Assembly (NCBI RefSeq): GCF_009914755.1
Contig: NC_060934.1
Origin: the human T2T-CHM13v2.0 reference genome, Homo sapiens
DNA: 64,000 nucleotides
Direction: 5' to 3' (one strand)
Positions 1-11,848 of this stretch are shown in pieces. Every line of letters begins with the position of its first letter. Position 1 is the stretch's first letter. The translations under genes were made by a program, and so were the position numbers. Below the pieces are notes generated by a model. That model had not been told where the DNA came from, ran no database searches, and saw only the letters and a list, made by a program, of their open reading frames with translations.

Positions 1-1500
1 CTATAGGCAAGCAGCAGCATATTTCACACTTGTAAATAATACTGTACCACTTTTACCAAGAGACATAAAAGATTATCAGGTTTGAGTAGGACCCAAAATA
101 GGAAAGGGCTTTGAGATCCAGATAATGATTCTAACAGCCCTGTCATTTGATCAGTATAACTCGACAGACATTAGAGATGTAAGTTTTGTTTTTAGAAAAT
201 ATTATTTGTGAAGTTTATGGCAACCCTAGTATGAAAATCACAGTTTTGAACTTGTTGACTAATGGACCAGCTTTTGAAATATGCAACAAATAATTGTACA
301 GTGTACAAAAATATCTCTGATATGCTACAGGCCTGACAGAGACAGAGAGTATGACCAAAGGACAGGAAGTGACCATGGGATCAGGACTGCCCCATCATAA
401 GCCAGGTTCAGTCAGAGCCAACAAGTCAAAGGTAGAGCTGGCCCGACAGGAATCTGTTTTATGGTAGAAGTGGTATGTTTAAGATCAGAGGCAATCAGAA
501 GAGGATGCAAATACACTGTATGAGTACATAGCCCCCATGTCATCCACTACTCTCACTCTGGAGCTTCTTCCTCAGCTCAAACCTATGTCTCCATTGGGTT
601 TCCTTATAAGTAACAAATAAAGAAGGAAAAAGGTAAAGCTTGATTAATAGATGGGTTGCTAATCATAGGGTGCAAGCTGATAAAGGACGGCTGCTGCACT
701 AAAGCTAAAATCAGAAGTAGTCTTGAACATCAATAGTTAGGAAAAAATCCTCCCAATAGACACCATTTCACCCACTTTGTGTAGAAAGAGCAGGCCAAGG
801 TAAAAATATAGTCTGACTAATGGAAATGGTGAATAGCTTGGCTGTTTATTCCATGAACCTAGGAAAAATGGAATATTTAACATAGGAAGAGACAAGCTGA
901 TTAACTTATAGATGTGAGCATAAAATGTGAGGATCTTTGAATCCTATGCTAGTGTTCCCTAAATAGAATTCACTATGGAAGAGGTACTAAATAATCAAAT
1001 AGACAAAATTACTAAGTCAATTGACATCCACTAGCATCTGCCATCAGCCTGTCTAGTTCTAGTATAATGAATGCATGCAATGAGTAAGAATAGAGTCAGG
1101 GACAAAGGCTAAACGTAGTCCCAAAAGTATAAGCTTTCATTTACCAAGGCTGATTTATGTAGATATGGTTGCATGTCTGTTCTGCCAGCCATAGACCAAT
1201 GCTGAACTCCTGACCTATAATTATACTTTGAAGGAATCAATACATTTTTGGGGGGCAGGTTGATAATATCAGGTCCATTCCACTTGAAAGATGAAGTGAT
1301 TCATGTGGATTACAATTGATTTCCATTATGGACATGAGTTTGCATTTATTGGCTGCAGAACTTTGGTGAGAACTTCTCTATCCAAGACCTACAGAGTGTT
1401 TTGTTTTACTGACATAGGATCCTGTATAATATTATATTGAAACAAGGAATACACTACATAAAACACAAGATGAAGCTCTGGATATATAATGGAATCCACT
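1..1500 (+). mobile_element. Ancient ERVL-class (class III) internal pol remnant: RT thumb, RNase H, integrase; heavily decayed
   Basis: Degenerate motifs in the expected order: QHISHL..FE*GPK-like at 10-110 (ERVL WRQHIPHL..FEWGP), A*LIDG at 638 (AWFTDG), I*SD*W at ~807 (IYTDSW), EEVLNNQIDKIT at 978, GQVDNI at ~1253 (WQVDYIGP), KQGIHY at ~1440 (DQGTHF). Confidence 0.75.
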
Positions 1501-2182
1501 GAATAAGTAACTAGTAAAGAACATTAATACTTGCCAACCTTCCCCAAAGTGTGAGAAGTTGGAGCTTAGCACCAGAGTATATTTACTGGGCTTCAGGGCT
1601 TTTTCCAATGCTGGATGTGATCAAAATGAGGGATTTCTGTTGTGCTTGAGTATCTGCAATAATCATGGGTAATACTATGACTTCAGGACTGCAATACTGT
1701 GAACAATATTAGTCTAAGGTAAATGACATGGAGAGATACCTTTCTATTCCTTTCTCTTTTAACCCCTGAATAACATTATTGACTATTGTTGCCATCTACT
1801 CAGCTATGATCAGAGACTACTTTAAATTGTTCAATATTCCTTTGCAAAATAAATTCCACCTAGCAGCAACAGCAATTTTCCAGTTCTCCTTCTGCATGGG
1901 TGGCCCTGAGTGGAACACTTAATTTGCACCATGGTTTGGTATGTTTAGACAAGTGAACTGGAGAAAAGTGGGAGGGGTCACTCTGGTGACGTCTGGAAAG
2001 GTCTTTGGTTAAAACCAGAGTCTTTGGTTAAAACCATGGCTAGTGGTCTTTCTGAAACAACTAATTACACAATGACAGACCTAGATGCCTTTTTCCAAAT
2101 ATGTAGAAATATATAACCAGGAACTAGGAATGCAACCAAGGACACTGGGGAGGGTAGTATGCCATATGATGCCAAATATTAT

Positions 2183-2938
2183 TGATACGTACAGGAGACA
2201 GAGAAATACTGGGCTGAAGAGGCAGGTTCCCTGGCAAAGGCCCCACCTTCAGGCCTGGAGACCCGTGGCCCTAAATGGGAACAGGCATTTCTGTTTTTGT
2301 GCCCAAAAACTTGCCTTTTGTCCTGTCATGCCTCCTATCCTATACCCATATAAACCCTGAACCCCAGGCTACAGGATCAAATGAGCAGATGAGGAGATGA
2401 GGAGACAAGCAAATGAATGGCAGAATGGCTCCACAGAGAAAGAGAGAAGAGGCAGAATGTTTGAACACTGAGAGGAGTTCAGCTGGGGTGGTCGGAGAGG
2501 AGTTTGGCTGTCTGGCCAAAAAGAAAGGGAAAGGTCACCTTCCTACTCCATCCCCACTGTTGGCTCCCCATCCATCCTGCTGAGAGCCACCTCTACCACT
2601 CAGTAAAACAGAAAATCTCCCGCATTCATTCTTCAAATTTCTGTGTGCCCTGATTCTTCTGGAATGCTGGACAAGAGCTCAGGATACAGAAAGATGTCAC
2701 ACTGGCTCTCTGCACTTGCAAAAAGGCAGAGGGTCCACTGAGCTGGATTAATGCTGAAGCCATCTGTGGACAACAAGGCTAAAAGAGCACACTAACACAC
2801 ACCCACTTTGGCTCCTGCACCTGTCCATCTGTGTACTCCCCTTCCCATAAGGGGTTTGAGCAGCAGTGGCCACTGAAGAGATGAGCCACACCCCTGTAAA
2901 ACATCCTGTGAGGGGGATCAGGGAACTCTCCTATTTCA
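2183..2938 (+). mobile_element. Solo LTR, LTR1/LTR27/LTR28 group (ERV1, HUERS-P2-type)
   Basis: Begins TGATACGTACAGGAGACAG, ends GGGAACTCTCCTATTTCA; TATAAA near 2349; AGTAAA near 2622; matches the recalled LTR1-type consensus. Confidence 0.85.
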
Positions 2939-3287
2939 GTATGGGTTTGGTGGTAAAAAGGCAATTGCAGAGAGTCAAGTTGATGGCTTGGCACTATCAT
3001 TACTAATAAAATAATATTGTACTTTTCACAGTCTGGTGCAGAGAACACTAAAGATTCTGTATTTCTGAACATATTTCAGCACTGCAATAAAGGTACCAGA
3101 AATAAAATTCTTGGTAGACAATATGCTAAAATCTATTGAACCCAATTACACAATTACCCATAATGTTGCAGACACACTACAGGTTTGGTACTAAAAAGGC
3201 CAAGGAAACTGTTGAGTTTTGAAGAGTTTAAGCAAAATAACTTACTTTTATCAGTGAAATGTGTTAATGATTGCCTTGAAAAGCTTT

Positions 3288-4635
3288 TGTGAGACCTGAA
3301 ACCATAAAGCCCTTAAAAGAAAACAGGGTAAATGCTACTTGACATTGGTCTTGGCAGTGATTTTTTTTACATATGACACAAAAAACACAGGTAATGAAGG
3401 CAAAATAAACAAGTGAGATTGTTTCAAACTAAAAAACTTCTGCACAGCAAAGGAAACAATCAATAAAATGAAGAGGCAATGTACAGAATGGAAAGAAATA
3501 TTTTCAAAGTGTTTATCTGACAAAGGGTTAATATCCAAAATATATAAGGAATTCCTACAGCTTAAAAGTAAAAGAAAATAAATAACCTGATTAAAAAATG
3601 GACAAAACACCTGAATAGACATTTCTCTAGAGAAGACATACAAATGACCAAAAGGCATATGACAAAAAGAATAAAAAAACTCAACACTAATTACTGGGGA
3701 AACTATTAATCAAAGCCACAATGAGATATCACTTCACACTTTTTAGGATGACCAATATTTTTTTTTAAAAAACAATGATAAGTGTTGGTGAGGATGTGGA
3801 GAAAAAAGAATGCATGTGCACTGTTGATAGAAAAGTATACTGGTACAACTTTTATGGAAAACAGTATGAATGTTTCTAAAAAAATTAAAAATAAAACTAC
3901 TGTATGATCCAGCAATCCTACTTCTGGATATTCATTTAAAGGAAATGAAATCAAGATCTTGAAGAAATCTGCACTCTCATGTTCATCACAGCACTATTTA
4001 CAATAGTCAAAATACGAAAAAAAACTAAATATCCACCAACAGATGAATGGATAAAGAATATGTGATATATACATACATTGAAATACTATTCATTCTTAAA
4101 AAGAAGGAAATTCTGTCATTTACGACAGCATGGATGGACTTGAAGGACATTATGCTAATGTAAAATAAGTCAATTTCAGAGAGACAATTACTGTATGGAA
4201 TCTAAAATTGTCAAATTCATAGAAGCAGTGAGTGAAATGGTGGTTGACAAGAGCTGGAGTGAGGGGGAAAAGGGACGATGATGAAAAAAAGGTGTACGGA
4301 GTTTCAGTGTGCAAGGTAAGCAAGTTCTGGAAATCTATACAGTGTAGTGGCTATAGCTAACAATACTGATTTATGTACTTAAAATTTGCTAAGGGGCAGA
4401 TTTGTGTTAGGTGTTTTTGCCATCCACACACTCACATACATACACAACATACACACGCAAAATAACAAAGGGTGTGAGAGAAAACTTTGAGAGGTGATGG
4501 TAGGTCTTTGACCTTGATGTTGGTTATGGTTTCATGGTGTACATGTATCTCCAAACTGATCAAGCTTTATACGTTAAAGATTCACAGTTTTTTGTATGTC
4601 AATCATACTTCAATAAAGTACTTTGAAAAAATAAA
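3288..4635 (+). mobile_element. 5'-truncated L1 (L1MA9/10-like): ORF2 3' end plus 3' UTR
   Basis: AAACTAAAAAACTTCTGCACAGCAAAGGAAAC and GATCCAGCAATCCTACTTCTGG ORF2 sequence; L1MA-type 3' UTR ending CAATAAAG and an A-rich tail. Confidence 0.9.
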
Positions 4636-5388
4636 GTATTTACAAAGTTTAAAGAGATAGTTATAAGCTAAAGTACATTAGTCCTCTTACTCTGGGAAAA
4701 GTGCTAACAAATCCTTTCAATTTATTGACAAATTTAATCTTGTAATAACTTTCTAACTCCATTCCCCTGGAACCTGATTAAAAAATGAAGTGTCATCTTT
4801 GTTACAAGGCAATATTGATTATTTTAAAATGAACTCTGATTGGGAAAGTTTATCTGGATTGGGAGCACTGTAAAAAAATAAAATACCTAGTTGAGAGCTA
4901 TATGTTAGAATATCCTTAGTGACATTGGAATAGAGAATATTCCCAATAATGATCCCTCAGTATCTATGTCTGTGGGATTGTTGTAATAAATTTTGGTTCT
5001 TATTTGGAACATGGGCTTCTAGGCCAAGGTGACTCTACATCACACCCAACTGAGTCTCATTTACTAACTATTGAACTATAACATAAGGTGCCATAATATA
5101 ACCCCAGGACTGCTCTACGGGCTGCTCTGAGTATTTCCACTAAGGAGAAATTCCTGCTGTTGCCCTGCTGTTGTGTTCTGATTTTTTCATCATGTATTAT
5201 TCTAAATGAACTTGCTACTAAGTGTGGCCTTACCCAAATCTCATGAGTCTGAATGTTTAAATAAGTCTAAAATGAACCCCCTCCTATTAAGTATTGCATT
5301 CCTTTTCCAAATAATGCTGTGAATAGAAATAAGGATGCACTTTCTTGCATTGCAAGGTGACATGGGCTGGTGTCAACAGAAAGAACTA

Positions 5389-6214
5389 CAGTAGCATGCT
5401 TCTTGACAATGTTTCAGTCAATGAAGAACTGCTTGTATGACTGTGGTCTCATAAGGTTATAATGGACCTGAAAAATTACTATCACCTAGTGATGATGTAG
5501 CTGCTGTTAGGCTGCAGCTCAATTACTTTATTTTAGAAAACAAATTTAGTGTACCCTAAGTGTATAATGTTTGTAAAGTCTACAGTAGTGTACAGTAATT
5601 CTCTGGACCTTTACATTTACTCACCACTCACTCACTGACTCACCCAGAGCAACTTCCAGTTCTGCAAGCTTCATTCATGGAAGTACTGTATATAGGTGTG
5701 CCATTTTTAGAATCTTTTATACTCACTTTTACAGTAAGCACACTGTAAAAAGATACTATACTTTTACAGTATAAAAGATCCCATAAATGGCACAACTGTA
5801 TACAGTATAAAGATTCTAAAAATGGCATACCTGTATATGGTACTTCCTGGGGTTATATTATAGCACCTTAGCACCTTATGGTATAGTTCAACAGTTACAA
5901 AATGAGACTTAGTTGGGTGGAATATAGAATCACCTTTGCCTAGAAGGCTAAGTTCCAAATAAGAATGAAAATTAATTAAAATCTATGTTTGCATACACTA
6001 ATACTATTGTGTTACAATTACCTACAGTATTCAGTATACTAATGTGCTATACAGGTTTGCAGCCTAGGAGCAATCGGCTATACTATAGGACCTAGGTGTT
6101 TGGTAGGCTATACCATCTAGGTTTGTGTAAGTACACTATTAGGTTTCCATAATGATGACATCATCAAAAGACTCATTTCTCAGAATGCATCCACATTGTT
6201 AAGTGACATGACTG
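5389..6214 (+). mobile_element. Tigger3 (GOLEM)-derived non-autonomous DNA transposon, internally rearranged
   Basis: TA|CAGT...ACTG|TA termini; internal CACTCACTCACTGACTCACCCAGAGCAACTTCCAG and TAGGCTATACCATCTAGGTTTGTGTAAGTACAC typical of Tigger3. Confidence 0.85.
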
Positions 6215-6472
6215 TATATGTATGGCTTATAAGTAAACCTAAGCATAAATTCTCAACAAATGCTTGCTGAATTTGTACAGAAATGTTGAAGTGTGATGGG
6301 CCTCTTATATTCTTTGAGAAACTCTTCCCTTAGTTAAGAGTTTTATATCAGTTGTTGCAAAATTGTACAGTAAGGGGTTCTAAATACCTAAAATCAATGG
6401 TGCACAGAACTTTGGGCATTTTATTATAATTGAAGACCCAAGTAAAATTAGAAGAGAAACTTTCAATCACTA

Positions 6473-6822
6473 TGTATTAGTCCATTTTCACACTGTATAA
6501 ACATACTACCCAAGACTGGGTAATTTATAAAGAAAAGAGGTTTAACTGACTCACAGTTTGGCATGGCTGGGGAGACCTCAGGAAACTTACAGTCATGGCA
6601 GAAGGGAAAGCAGGCACCTTCTTCACAAGGCCGCAGGAGAGAGACAATGTGTGGGAGAGGAACTGTCAAACACTTATGAAGTCATCAGATCTCATGAATA
6701 CTCACTCACTATCATGAGAATAGCATGGGGAAAACAGCCCTCATGATCCAGTCACCTCCCTTGACACATGGATATTATGGGGATGACAATTTGAGATGAG
6801 AATTCAGAGCCAAACTATATCA
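6473..6822 (-). mobile_element. THE1D-like MaLR 3' LTR
   Basis: TGTATTAGTCCATTTTCAC...GAGCCAAACTATATCA, reverse complement of the THE1 LTR; GGAACTGTCAAACACTTAT segment is THE1D-like. Confidence 0.85.
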
Positions 6823-9118
6823 TTCTGCCTCTGGCCCCTCCCAAATCTCACATCCTTTTTAGATTTCAAAACCAATCATGCCTTTCCAACAGTCCCCCAA
6901 AATCTTTTTCTTTTACTTTTTTTAAAATTTTATTTATTCTACTTTAAGTTCCAGGATACATGTGCAGAATGTGCAGGTTTGTTACATAGGTATACATGTG
7001 CCATAGTGGTTTGCTGCACCTGTTAACCCATCATGTAAGTTTTACGCCCCACATGCATTAGGTATTTTTTCTAATGCTCTCCCTCCCCTTGTCCCCCACC
7101 CACCGAGAGACCCCGGTGTGTTTTTCCCCTCCCTGTGTCTGTGAGTTCTGATTATTCGACTCCCACTTATGAGTGAGAACATGAGATGTTCGGTTATTTG
7201 TTCCTGTGTTAGTTTGCTGAGGATGGTGCATTCCAGCTTCATCCATGTCCCTGCAAATGACATGATCTTATTATTTCTTATGGCTGCATAGTATTCCATG
7301 GTGTATATGTACCACTTTTTTTTATCCAGTTTATCATTGATGGACATTTTGGTTGATTCAATATCTTTTCTATTGCAAATAGTGCTGCAATAAACATTTT
7401 TGTATGTGTGTGTTTATAGTAGAATGATATATATTCCTTTGGGTATACACCACATAATGGGATTGCTGGGTCAAATGATATTTCTGGTTCTAGATCCTTG
7501 AGGAATCACCGTACTGTTTTCTACAATGGTTGAACTAATTTACATTCCCACCAACAGTGTAAAAGTGATCCTATTTCTCCACAGCCTTGACAGCATGTAT
7601 TGTTTCTTGACTTTTTAATAATCACTCTTGGGACTGGCATGAGATGGTATGTTGTTGTTTTGCTTTTCATTTATCTAATGATCAATGATGCCGAGCTTTT
7701 CTTCATACGTTTGTTTGGCTGCATCAGTGTCTTCTTTTGAGAAGTGTCTATTTATATTTTTTTGTCCACTGTTTGATGGGATTGTTTTTTTTTCTTGTAC
7801 ATTTATTTAAGTTCCTTGTAGATTCTGGATATTGCACCTGTCAGATGGGTAGACTGCAAAAATTTTCTCCTATTCTGTAGGTTGTCTATTCACTCTGATG
7901 CTAGTTTCTTTGGCTGTGTGGAGGCTTTTTTGTTTAATTGGATACTATTTGTCAATTTTGGCTTTTGTTGCAATTGCTTTTGGTGTTTTCATCATGAAGT
8001 CTTTGTCCATGCCTATGTCCTGAATGGTATTGCCCAAGTTTTCTTCTAGGATTTTTATGGTTTGGGGTTTTACATTTAAGTCTTTAATCTATCTTGAGAT
8101 AATTTTTGTATAAGGTGTAAGGAAGGGGTCCAGTTTTGGTTTTCTGCATATGGCTAGCCTGTTTTCCTAGCACCATTTTTTAAATAGGGAATCCTTTCGC
8201 CACTGCTTGTTTTCATCTGGTTTGTCAAAGATCAGATGGTTGTAGATGTGCTGTCTTATTTCTCAGGTCTCTATTCTGTTCCATTGGTCTGTATTTCTGT
8301 TTCCCCAAAGTCTTAACTCATTGCAGCATTAACTCAGAAGTCCAAGTTCAAAGTCTCATCTGAGACAAGGGAAGTCTCTTCTGCCTAGGAGCCTGTAAAA
8401 TCAAAAGCAAGTTAGTTACTTCCAAGATACAATGGGGGAACAAGCATTGGATAAATGCTGCCATTCTAAATGGGAGAAATTGGCCAAAACAAAGGGGTTA
8501 CAGGCCCCATGTAAGTCTGAAATCCCATGGGACAGTCATTAATTCTTAAAACTCCAATGTAATCTCCTTTGACTCCATGTCTCACATCCAGGGCATGCTG
8601 ATACAAAAGGTGGGCTCCCATGGCCTTGGGCAGCTGTGCCCATGTAGCTTTGCAGGGTACATCCCCACATTCCCCAGCTGCTTTCATGGCTGGCATTGAG
8701 TGTCTGCAGCTCTTCCAGGCATACGGTGTAAGCTGTTGGTGTATCTACTATTCTGGGATCTGGAGGATGGTGGCCCTTTTCTGACAGCTCCATTAGACAG
8801 TGTCCCAGTGTGAACTCTGTGTGGGGGCTTCGACCACGTATTTCCTTTCTTCACTGCCCTAGCAGAAGTTCTCCATGAGGGCTCCACCCCTGCAGCAAAC
8901 TTCTGCCTGAACATCCAGGAGTTTCCGTACATCCTCTGAAATCTAGGCAGAGGTTTCCAAAGCTCTGTTGTCGTCTGTGCACCTGCAGGCCCAACACCAC
9001 ATAGGAACCACCAAGGCTTGGGTGTTACACCCTCTGAAGAAGTGACCTGAGCTAGAACTTGGCCCCTTTCAGCCACAGCTGGAGGTGGAGGGGCTGGGAT
9101 ACAGGGCACCAAGTCCAA
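6823..9118 (-). mobile_element. THE1-int internal region, split by an L1 and truncated (no second LTR)
   Basis: TTCTGCCTCTGGCCCCTCCCAAATCTCA adjoins the LTR; sequence resumes at 8303 (CCCCAAAGTCTTAACTCATT). ORFs at 8466-9118 resemble the decayed MaLR internal ORF. Confidence 0.85.
6907..8302 (-). mobile_element. 5'-truncated L1PA8-like element with 12-bp TSD
   Basis: T-rich tail then L1PA 3' UTR with GTTTTACGCCCCACATGCATTAGG; TSD CCCCAAAATCTT (6895-6906) / CCCCAAAGTCTT (8303-8314); TT/AAGA endonuclease site. Confidence 0.92.
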
Positions 9119-10202
9119 AATCCCAAAGCTAATCTCTGCATGCGTACTAGATTACACCTTCTGGCCTCTTTCCTTCACAGTCATATTTCCTCTCTTTACT
9201 AATTATTCCTATTAGCATAACAACTTTTTGGAATATTTTTCATCTTCCAAAAAAAAAAAACAACTTTTTTTCACCTTAAATCCCAGAACTGCTACTGCTC
9301 AATTTCTATGTTCCCCTTAAGAGTAAAATTCTGTGAATGGCTATGACTAGCTAAGGACCACTGAGCCAACTGACATTCTCTTTATTATCTCAGAAACTGT
9401 TCATGGCCCCCTCAGTTTCCTATGGCAGTGAGGGCATTATCTGTCACACCTAATCTGTCACACCTAATCTACCACTTCTTCTATATACTTGCTTCTGATG
9501 TAGGAGTCTGATTTCCATATGGCTGTGATTTCTCCTGTTCCCAGTGTTTCTTTTATGGGTACCCAGGTGGCATGGCAGCTGAACTAAAACTAGGCTAAAC
9601 TGACCTCTTGCTGTTAAAACTATCCTTTTCTTTCATGGGTGTTGTCTTTTCTCATCAGTGGACTCCAGATGTCATCCTCCCTAAAATGAGAAAAAGCCTT
9701 TTCACACCCTACTTTGCCACTACCATAAAATAATACTACCATATATTCCACATGTCTTAGAGATTTGAGTGATATGAGCCATCCCAAAGTTATAATCTCC
9801 TCCTCTGTGGGCTCTGTGTACAAGGTCCTTAGTAGTGAAACAATTAATATAGTTCATATTATATTTTAAATAATTGTTTCTCTATTACATGGACTCATTA
9901 TTGTTTGATTAAGCTAATGTATCTTGTCTTCCCTGAAGATAAATTGCTTTGCATGAGACTTTATGTAAATTGATACCTAGGGCCTCCTCTATGCAAGCTT
10001 GCACTTGTCTGATTTTAAGGATATTAAAGTTTAGCTATAAATCTCTCTGTGTGTTGTGCTTGTTCATAGGTATATTTTAGACTTGTAACCTATGACCAAA
10101 GTATGTCTATGACTTATGAAATGTTTGGTATAGTGAAATGTTGGCAGAAGATGCTGATGGAATGATAATTTAATATATTTTATTCTCATTTGGACAAAAT
10201 AA

Positions 10203-10205
<3 letters not shown>

Positions 10206-10244
<39 letters not shown>
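10206..10244. repeat. (TG)n microsatellite, about 19 units
   Basis: Perfect TG run read directly. Confidence 0.98.
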
Positions 10245-10247
<3 letters not shown>

Positions 10248-11082
10248 AACTCAACAAACCACCTTTCTCTGTCTCTCTTTTCTTCCCTTCTCCACCTTGA
10301 TACCTTTCTCTGAGTTTATATTGTAGAGAAAATGCTGAAACCTCTGAAAGAAAACTGAAAATTTAGTCTTCATTACTCAATGTCGTAAGGATTATACTCA
10401 TGTCCCATCAATAGAATGAGCTTAAGGAAAATAAAATAACTGTGACAGACACACTAGAAAAATAAGGCACTGATATATTAGTCATCTTTCAGTTCTGTGA
10501 CTGCACAGAGAAATTCTTTTTGGTTTCTCAACCATATAGAAGCCTACTTCTTCATGATAAACCCCAAAAAACTCAATTTGTATTTTAATATTATTGAGAT
10601 ACAAAGTTAAACACATATTATTATTCAAAACTCAAAGCAATTAAATCTAGATGTTATTTTGCTATTGAATTCAATAAGCTTTCCATACACATCCTTTTGA
10701 GAAGATCCTACTTGGCAAAAATGACTATGTTTTGATCTGCTCTGGACTGTCTTTATGTATAACAGTAAGACAAAGAAAGAGAGACATACAGACAGAATAA
10801 TATTGAGGAGAAAAACAAGAGAAATTTTTTGAGTAGGGAAACCTATGAATGGAAAAAAAAGTTTTGGAGTAGGAAAATCTATTAATGAAAAGTGTCAAGA
10901 AGAGGGGGCAAGGGAACATGCAGATAATCCAAATCAGAGGACTGATCAGAGCATCTTGTAGAGATACAAAGGTAATGATACTAAGGAACATAGAATAATG
11001 TACACAATTTTTAAGTGCTTGTTAGAGAACATCATTATATCCCATGAAAAATCATGGTAGCATCATGATAATATTGTGATTA

Positions 11083-11721
11083 TGTCTCCAGAGTTGGTTC
11101 CTTCCAGTGGGTTCTTGGTCTCACTGACTTTAAGAATGAAGCCATGAACCTTCATGGTGAGTGTTACAGCTCTTAAAAATGGTGTGTCCAGAGTTTTTTC
11201 CTTCAGATGTGTCGAGTTTCTTCCTTCTGGTGGGTTTGTGGTCTCGCTGACTTCAAGAATGAAGCCATGGACCTTTGTGGTGAGTGTTACAACTCTTAAA
11301 GATGGTGCGGACCCAAAAAGTGAGCAGCAGCAAATTTATTGTGAAGAATGAAAGAACCAAGCTTCCACAGCATGGAAGGGGACCCGAGCAGGTTGCCACT
11401 GCTGGCTGGGTTGGCCAGTTTATTCCCTTACTTGTTTCCGCCTATGTCCTGCTGATTGGTCCATTTTGCAGAGCGCTGATTGGTCCATTTTACAGAGTTC
11501 TGATTGGTGCATTTACAATCCTTTAGCTAGACACAGAGCACTGATTGGTGCATTTTTACAGAATGCTGATTGGTGTGTTTACAACCCTTTAGCTAGACAC
11601 AGAGCACTGATTGGTGCGTTTTTACAGAATGCTCATTGATACATTTACAATCCTCTAGCTAGACAGAAAAGTTCTCCAAGTCCTCACTCGACCCAGGAAG
11701 TCCAGCTGGCTTCACTGCCCA
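11083..11721 (-). mobile_element. LTR12 (ERV9) 3' LTR, complete U3-R-U5
   Basis: TG...CA ends; U5 repeats (GGTCTCACTGACTTTAAGAATGAAGCC twice); U3 CTGATTGGT repeats; polypurine tract AGAGGGGGGAT adjacent on the minus strand. Confidence 0.93.
11452..11640 (-). promoter_or_regulatory. LTR12 U3 CCAAT (NF-Y) box cluster
   Basis: Six intact CTGATTGGT copies plus one degenerate copy; AATAAA (TATA-equivalent in LTR12) near 11420 on the minus strand. Confidence 0.7.
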
Positions 11722-11848
11722 ATCCCCCCTCTAAACAGGACACCCCCACTGCTCTTGGGAATTGGACGATGACTGCTGTAGCTACTTCCTGCTGGAAAGG
11801 GGTCAAGAAGGGGCCCTGCAGTTATAGTGTTCTCCAGAGGGGAACTCT

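Noticed and set aside
9150-9335. Possible L2 fragment
   Set aside because: Only a short weak resemblance (ATTTCTATGTTCCCCTT..AAAATTCT); too degraded to support.
9439-9470. Short direct duplications (ATCTGTCACACCTA x2; also near 12538, 28284, 29813, 59941)
   Set aside because: Ordinary slippage duplications of two copies with no shared motif.
11100-11660. Repeat-spacer pattern resembling a CRISPR array
   Set aside because: These are the known U3 and U5 tandem subrepeats of LTR12; the spacers are homologous and the context is primate.
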